Shown one piece after another: positions 59,520-64,000 of a stretch of DNA of 64,000 nucleotides (positions are counted from its first letter, which is position 1; each line of letters starts with the position of its first letter). Source of the stretch: an uncultured bacterium. Its GTDB lineage: Bacteria; Oederibacteriota; JAAXVQ01; JAUVAV01. A program made the translations under genes and the position numbers. The stretch lies in NCBI GenBank assembly GCA_963710755.1, contig CAVQBK010000003.1:96001-160000 (forward strand), given 5' to 3'. Under the pieces are notes generated by a model that saw nothing but the letters and a program-made list of their open reading frames with translations, had not been told where the DNA came from and did not search any database.

Positions 59520-60614
59520 TCAGGCACTTCCGAGAACGGATTTAAGTACCCGAAGTACAGGAAAAGGCGCAATTTTCTTGGAAATTCTAGCACGCCCTAT
59601 TTGGGGTGTCAATACAAAATTAAATTCGCCAGCGCTAGCTTTTTTGTCAGTTTTCATGATAGCTAAAATCTTGTTGATATCCTCATGTTCTCCAATTATC
59701 GGTAAACCGGCACGTTTAATTAATGCCTTTTGGGCTTCACTTTGATTATTATCCAATAGTTTCAATTCTACTGCCAGCTGCGCAGCAGCCGCCATGCCTA
59801 TGGCCACAGCTTCACCATGCAAATAGTGGTGATAATGATGATAGGTTTCCAGGGCATGGCCAAGGGTATGCCCATAATTAAGGATGGCTCTTAGGCCTTG
59901 CTCTTTTTCATCTTGCTCGACTACCTGAGCCTTAATAGCACAGGTTTTTTTGATAGCCCAGGCCAAGGTCGGGCTGTTTAACTTCAACAACTCATCAATT
60001 TTTCTTTCCAAAGCCGTAAAAAAGACACGATCGGCAATGATGGCGCTTTTAATCACTTCCGCCAAGCCCGATCGTAACTGGCGCAGGGGCAGGCTTTGCA
60101 GCACCTGGGGATCCGTAATCACCAGTCGAGGCTGCCAAAAAGAACCGATTAGGTTTTTTCCTAACTCATGGTTGACCGCCACTTTACCGCCCACCGAGGA
60201 ATCAACCTGGGCCAGTAAGGTGGTGGGAATCTGAATAAAATCAATGCCCCGCATATAAACCGAAGCTAAAAACCCTGCCAAATCACCAATCACGCCACCG
60301 CCCAGCGCGACAACAAAAGCTTGCCTGTCAGCACGGGCTTTGATTAATTGCCCGATCAAGTGTTCCACCACAGCGAGGGATTTAGTTTTTTCCCCTTCCG
60401 GCAAGGTTATAATTTTAGTCTGATAGCCGTTGCTTTTCAAACTGTGTTCCACTGCTTGGCCATAGAGACGCTTGATCCTGGGATGAGTAATGACAAACGC
60501 CTGTTTCCCGCGAACTCTTGACTTGATTAGAGGTCCAATCGAATTAATAATACCAGGTTGGATGATGATGGCATAATCGCGATGATCCCCAAATTGAACC
60601 ATCAGTTTTGACAT
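59520..60614 (-). CDS. aroB: 3-dehydroquinate synthase
   Basis: GEKTKS, GGGVIGD, PTTLLAQVDSSVGGK, LNYGHTLGHA and HGEAV. Confidence 0.97.
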   Translation of the reverse strand: MSKLMVQFGDHRDYAIIIQPGIINSIGPLIKSRVRGKQAFVITHPRIKRLYGQAVEHSLKSNGYQTKIITLPEGEKTKSLAVVEHLIGQLIKARADRQAFVVALGGGVIGDLAGFLASVYMRGIDFIQIPTTLLAQVDSSVGGKVAVNHELGKNLIGSFWQPRLVITDPQVLQSLPLRQLRSGLAEVIKSAIIADRVFFTALERKIDELLKLNSPTLAWAIKKTCAIKAQVVEQDEKEQGLRAILNYGHTLGHALETYHHYHHYLHGEAVAIGMAAAAQLAVELKLLDNNQSEAQKALIKRAGLPIIGEHEDINKILAIMKTDKKASAGEFNFVLTPQIGRARISKKIAPFPVLRVLKSVLGSA

Positions 60615-60668
60615 GGTCCCACCTTTTCTTTCATAATTATATGTGATCTGGGGCTTTATTGGTTAGCC

Positions 60669-60734
60669 ACTATAACAAAAACCCCTATGACCGTCAAGCA
60701 AGCCCTTGACATCCAAGGATGGCAAGGTTATGAT
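60669..60734. promoter_or_regulatory. Back-to-back sigma70 promoters for aroB (-) and the barrel gene (+)
   Basis: Minus strand: TTGACG-17-TATAGT (60697-60669). Plus strand: TTGACA-17-TATGAT (60706-60734). Confidence 0.6.
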
Positions 60735-60795
60735 CGCTTTATTCTCTTAAAAACAGGCCTTTTCCTTGGCCGTCAAACCGGAGGCTGCTGTCTTG

Positions 60796-62337
60796 ATGCG
60801 TTCTTATTCCTTCCCTTTTTTACTGCTGTTGCTGCTGACATTTTCCTGGACGGGTGCATGGGCATCCCCTGCTTCCCGCTTTGCTCTTGGCGATCCTTAC
60901 CTGGTGCTGGAAGAGGACAGCACCAAAGCCTCCCTGTTAAACTTCGGCAACCCTGCCGGCTTGGTGGACCTGCCGACAGGCAACAGAATTGATCTTTCCG
61001 CCAATGCTGATTACGCCGCAAATATAGAGAAATTTGAAACCAGCGGCAATACCACCAATCCCTATGCCCATGTGACTCCTAACGGCCAGACCCTTCCGGC
61101 CAATGCTTATTTTAATCAACACGGTTATTATACCCAATCCCTTTTTAATCAATATAACCGCTACTATTTGGACGGATTTATTTTTCATCCCAGTGAACAA
61201 TGGGCCCTGCAACTTCGTCCTCTGGCCGGTTATACCCGCAGCGCCCTGGATGAAGATCAACCGCCCTCACGCCTGCTGAACAGCGGTTTGGGTGTCAATG
61301 GCGCTCTAAAAATAGGAAGTCAATGGTCTCTGGGCGCAGGCGTTACTTATCAAACCGGCCAAAGCGACGGCTGGCCGGACCAACAGTTCAGCGATATACT
61401 TAAGACCGCCTTTATTAATCACCTTGACGATCTTCAAACCCTGAGCGCTAAAATCGGCTTAATCCATCGGATAAGTGCGGTGTTCGACGACCAGGACCGA
61501 TTGAGTATGGGCGTATTGGTTGATGGCCAACAGCAGGCCGCTGGGGGCGATTATTATGTGCTCCAAAGCCTTACTCCTACGGCCCATATCCAGTATCAAA
61601 CTTTGCCATGGTCCATAGGCTGGCAATCCTTGTATCAGTATAAATCTGTCATGGATATTGGTTTGCAAATTGGCTATGAGGAAAACAAAGATTATTATCA
61701 ATGGACGTCATCGCTGTTGGGTGATCAAAACACCTTTGGTTACTCCACGCGGCAGAACGTATTTTACGATCTTACTTTTCGCGTACGTCTGCCCATGGTC
61801 CGGGAAGATGATTTGCGTTTCGGGGTGGATTTTTCCAATCGTGACATGGGTGCCCGTTACCCTTCCGGAAAAATTATATTCGACCGTCCGGAGCTTTCAG
61901 CCAAGGCTTCGCCCATCAACACCTCTGCGTCCAGCATCACCATTGATGGAGCAGTGGTACCTTATACAGGATCCTTGGTCTTTCTCAGCTATTACCTGGG
62001 ATCTTCCAATAGTTATCAATCGGGCCAGATTATTGATGACTACGGATTCACCAATTTTACCTTGGGTGTTCAGTTCAAGCTGTGGGAGTGGTTGATGCTG
62101 CGCTCTGCCTATATCAACGAGCGTCAGACTACGGAAGTGCATTTGGGTGGCACCACTATTTTCAACCGCGAAACCGGCTCTTTTCGTTTTGGCGTAGGTT
62201 ATACGTCGGAGGATATGGAAATAGATCTGGCGGCATCAGTCTTCAGGACCCAATACATGCCGGTAACCAATACGATTTTATCGGACACCTTTATCCGCGG
62301 TATGAAAGGCATGTTGTCTTTGGTTTATAAATATTAA
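60796..62337 (+). CDS. Putative outer-membrane beta-barrel protein
   Basis: Signal peptide (AWA), FGNPAGL motif, alternating aromatic/polar strands and C-terminal LSLVYKY. Confidence 0.7.
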   Translation: MRSYSFPFLLLLLLTFSWTGAWASPASRFALGDPYLVLEEDSTKASLLNFGNPAGLVDLPTGNRIDLSANADYAANIEKFETSGNTTNPYAHVTPNGQTLPANAYFNQHGYYTQSLFNQYNRYYLDGFIFHPSEQWALQLRPLAGYTRSALDEDQPPSRLLNSGLGVNGALKIGSQWSLGAGVTYQTGQSDGWPDQQFSDILKTAFINHLDDLQTLSAKIGLIHRISAVFDDQDRLSMGVLVDGQQQAAGGDYYVLQSLTPTAHIQYQTLPWSIGWQSLYQYKSVMDIGLQIGYEENKDYYQWTSSLLGDQNTFGYSTRQNVFYDLTFRVRLPMVREDDLRFGVDFSNRDMGARYPSGKIIFDRPELSAKASPINTSASSITIDGAVVPYTGSLVFLSYYLGSSNSYQSGQIIDDYGFTNFTLGVQFKLWEWLMLRSAYINERQTTEVHLGGTTIFNRETGSFRFGVGYTSEDMEIDLAASVFRTQYMPVTNTILSDTFIRGMKGMLSLVYKY

Positions 62338-62362
62338 CCCGGCTGGATTCGTTTACATTCCC

Positions 62363-62391
62363 GTTGAGGCGCCCACCTTGGGCGTCTCAAC
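62363..62391. terminator. Stem-loop between convergent genes
   Basis: GTTGAGGCGCCCA-cct-TGGGCGTCTCAAC. Confidence 0.6.
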
Positions 62392-62405
62392 CAACCCTGC
62401 CATCA

Positions 62406-63689
62406 TTAATTTTTCAATTGCTGCGCGATTTCTCTCATCGCGCAAAAATCTCCGCACATAGTGCAAACCTCTTCACATTGCGGTTTCGACGATGCCCGCA
62501 GTGCTGAAGCTTTTTGAGGATCCAACGCCAGCGCAATCTGTTGGTCCCAGTCCAACGCTTTACGGGCTTTGGCCATGGCCAGATCCCAGGCCCTGGCACC
62601 GGGCACACCTTTTACCAAATCAGCAGCATGCGCGGCAATGCGCGAGGCTATCACGCCATCATGCACATCCTGGGCATCGGGCAGACGCAAGTGTTCCGAT
62701 GGCGTTACATAGCAAAGAAAATCCGCACCGGCCGCGGCCGCAATGGCGCCGCCAATGGCACAGGCAATATGGTCATAGCCGGCGGCCACGTCGGTTACCA
62801 GAGGGCCGAGAACATAAAAAGGAGCGCCTTGGCATAACTTTTTTTCCAACAGCATATTGGCTTGAATCTGATCCATGGGCATGTGCCCCGGGCCTTCGAT
62901 CATGACCTGCACGCCGGTCGCGTGGGCACGTTGGGTTAAAGCGCCCAGATGCAGAAGCTCCTGGACCTGGGCGCGATCCGTGGCGTCTTCCAGACAGCCC
63001 GGCCTCAGACCGTCGCCTAAGGACAAGGTCACATCATACTCCCTGCAAATTTCCAGGAGCCGGTCAAATTGGGAAAAATAAGGATTTTCCTGACCATGGG
63101 CCAGCATCCAGCTGGCCATCATGGCGCCCCCCCGGCTGACAATATCGGCGATGCGGCCCTGCATTTTCAACTGTTCCAGGCTGGCCAGGTTTAAGCCTGC
63201 ATGGATGGTCATAAAGTCCACCCCTTCTTGTGCTTGGGCTTCCACCACTTCCAGCATTTCATCAGCAGTAATGTCAATCACGTTTTTATTGCTGCGTTTG
63301 GCCATAACCGCAGCTTCGTAGATGGGCACTGTACCCAATGGTTGCGAGAATTCCCGCAGCAATTGCCCCCTCAGCTCTTTAAGCGTTCCCCCGGTGGACA
63401 AATCCATAAGAGCATGGGCACCGGCCTGGTGGGCCGTGCGGGCTTTGATCAACTCTTCCTCGGCATTGGACTTGTCGGTGGAGGTACCCAGATTGGCATT
63501 GACCTTGGTGCTGAGCCCCAGCCCAATACCAGTAGGTTTGTTGTTGCGATGACGCGGATTAAAAGGAATGACGATCTCCCCGGTACCCACATGGGCCAGG
63601 ATATAGTCCAAGGACCGCTGTTCTCCCTCAGCCACTTGCCGCATGGCTTCGGTGGCCTGGCCGGATTTTGCATACTCCAATTGTGTCAT
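62406..63689 (-). CDS. thiC: Phosphomethylpyrimidine synthase
   Basis: TKVNANLG, MDLSTGG, GTVPIYE, SRGG, EGPGH, YVTPSEH and CTMCGDFC. Confidence 0.96.
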   Translation of the reverse strand: MTQLEYAKSGQATEAMRQVAEGEQRSLDYILAHVGTGEIVIPFNPRHRNNKPTGIGLGLSTKVNANLGTSTDKSNAEEELIKARTAHQAGAHALMDLSTGGTLKELRGQLLREFSQPLGTVPIYEAAVMAKRSNKNVIDITADEMLEVVEAQAQEGVDFMTIHAGLNLASLEQLKMQGRIADIVSRGGAMMASWMLAHGQENPYFSQFDRLLEICREYDVTLSLGDGLRPGCLEDATDRAQVQELLHLGALTQRAHATGVQVMIEGPGHMPMDQIQANMLLEKKLCQGAPFYVLGPLVTDVAAGYDHIACAIGGAIAAAAGADFLCYVTPSEHLRLPDAQDVHDGVIASRIAAHAADLVKGVPGARAWDLAMAKARKALDWDQQIALALDPQKASALRASSKPQCEEVCTMCGDFCAMREIAQQLKN

Positions 63690-63706
63690 TATTGTGCTGC
63701 CTTTCC

Positions 63707-64000
63707 TCAGTCCTTATGATAAGGAGGGAGATGTAATTTTTTCTTCTTTGGCTCCAACCGGTCCACCAGTTCCTGTTCCAGTCCATAGGCCTCAAAACGC
63801 AGGGCTTTAAAGCGCGGACTGACAGCGGGCATTTCCAGTTTGGAGAATTCTTCCAGAACCCGGCAGGCTTCCTGGCAGCGTCTTAGATTGGCCCGGGCCA
63901 GGGCCATCACATCTTCACGTTGCTTTTCCTGCGGTGAGGTGTGCCGGGCACCAGGATCATTTTGGGTGGAACGATGGCGGAGTAACGGGGGCAGGGTGAT
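63707..64000 (-). CDS. Stand-alone ThiD2-like protein (N-terminal domain of cyanobacterial-type ThiE), partial
   Basis: R.TQNDPG...ANLRRCQEACRVLEEFSK...FKALRFEAYGLE. The frame is open to the right window edge. Confidence 0.75.
   Translation of the reverse strand: MTLPPLLRHRSTQNDPGARHTSPQEKQREDVMALARANLRRCQEACRVLEEFSKLEMPAVSPRFKALRFEAYGLEQELVDRLEPKKKKLHLPPYHKD

Noticed and set aside
1-64000. CRISPR arrays, rRNA, IS or prophage genes
   Set aside because: No regularly spaced repeats, rRNA-like segments, transposases or phage genes were recognised.

Overview
Chromosomal window from a diderm bacterium. A PorV-like gene with an FlgD-Ig cargo gene and a giant-protein-type N-terminal domain suggest a poorly characterised lineage such as FCPU426, Firestonebacteria, Elusimicrobiota or Omnitrophota; this is inference only. 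Nearly all genes lie on the minus strand. The main highlight is a translationally coupled five-gene operon (6627->3227): an ArsM-like methyltransferase, a 41-aa Cys-rich peptide missing from the ORF track (6010->5885), a radical SAM/SPASM enzyme, a thioredoxin and an atypical thioredoxin reductase. It looks like a RiPP or metalloid-peptide system. Also missing from the track is a >=712-aa secreted protein (2137->off the left edge) that fuses a DxH/EG/GGFH domain to an M50 peptidase. A radical SAM-ArsM-DUF5714 fusion, TIGR04282/04283-type glycosyltransferases and a DedA/MerA-like pair are interleaved with pentose phosphate genes (pgi, gnd, zwf, pgl, tkt, rpiB). Other content: a decayed second rpiB, a large Ig-repeat protein with a PorV-like partner, MarR-TolC-RND with no adaptor gene, tRNA-Leu(TAA) inside the 3' end of a DUF501 ORF, and housekeeping genes (typA, gpmA, aroB, thiC). 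I found no CRISPR array, rRNA, integrase or transposase. All family assignments come from motif recognition by eye, not database searches.
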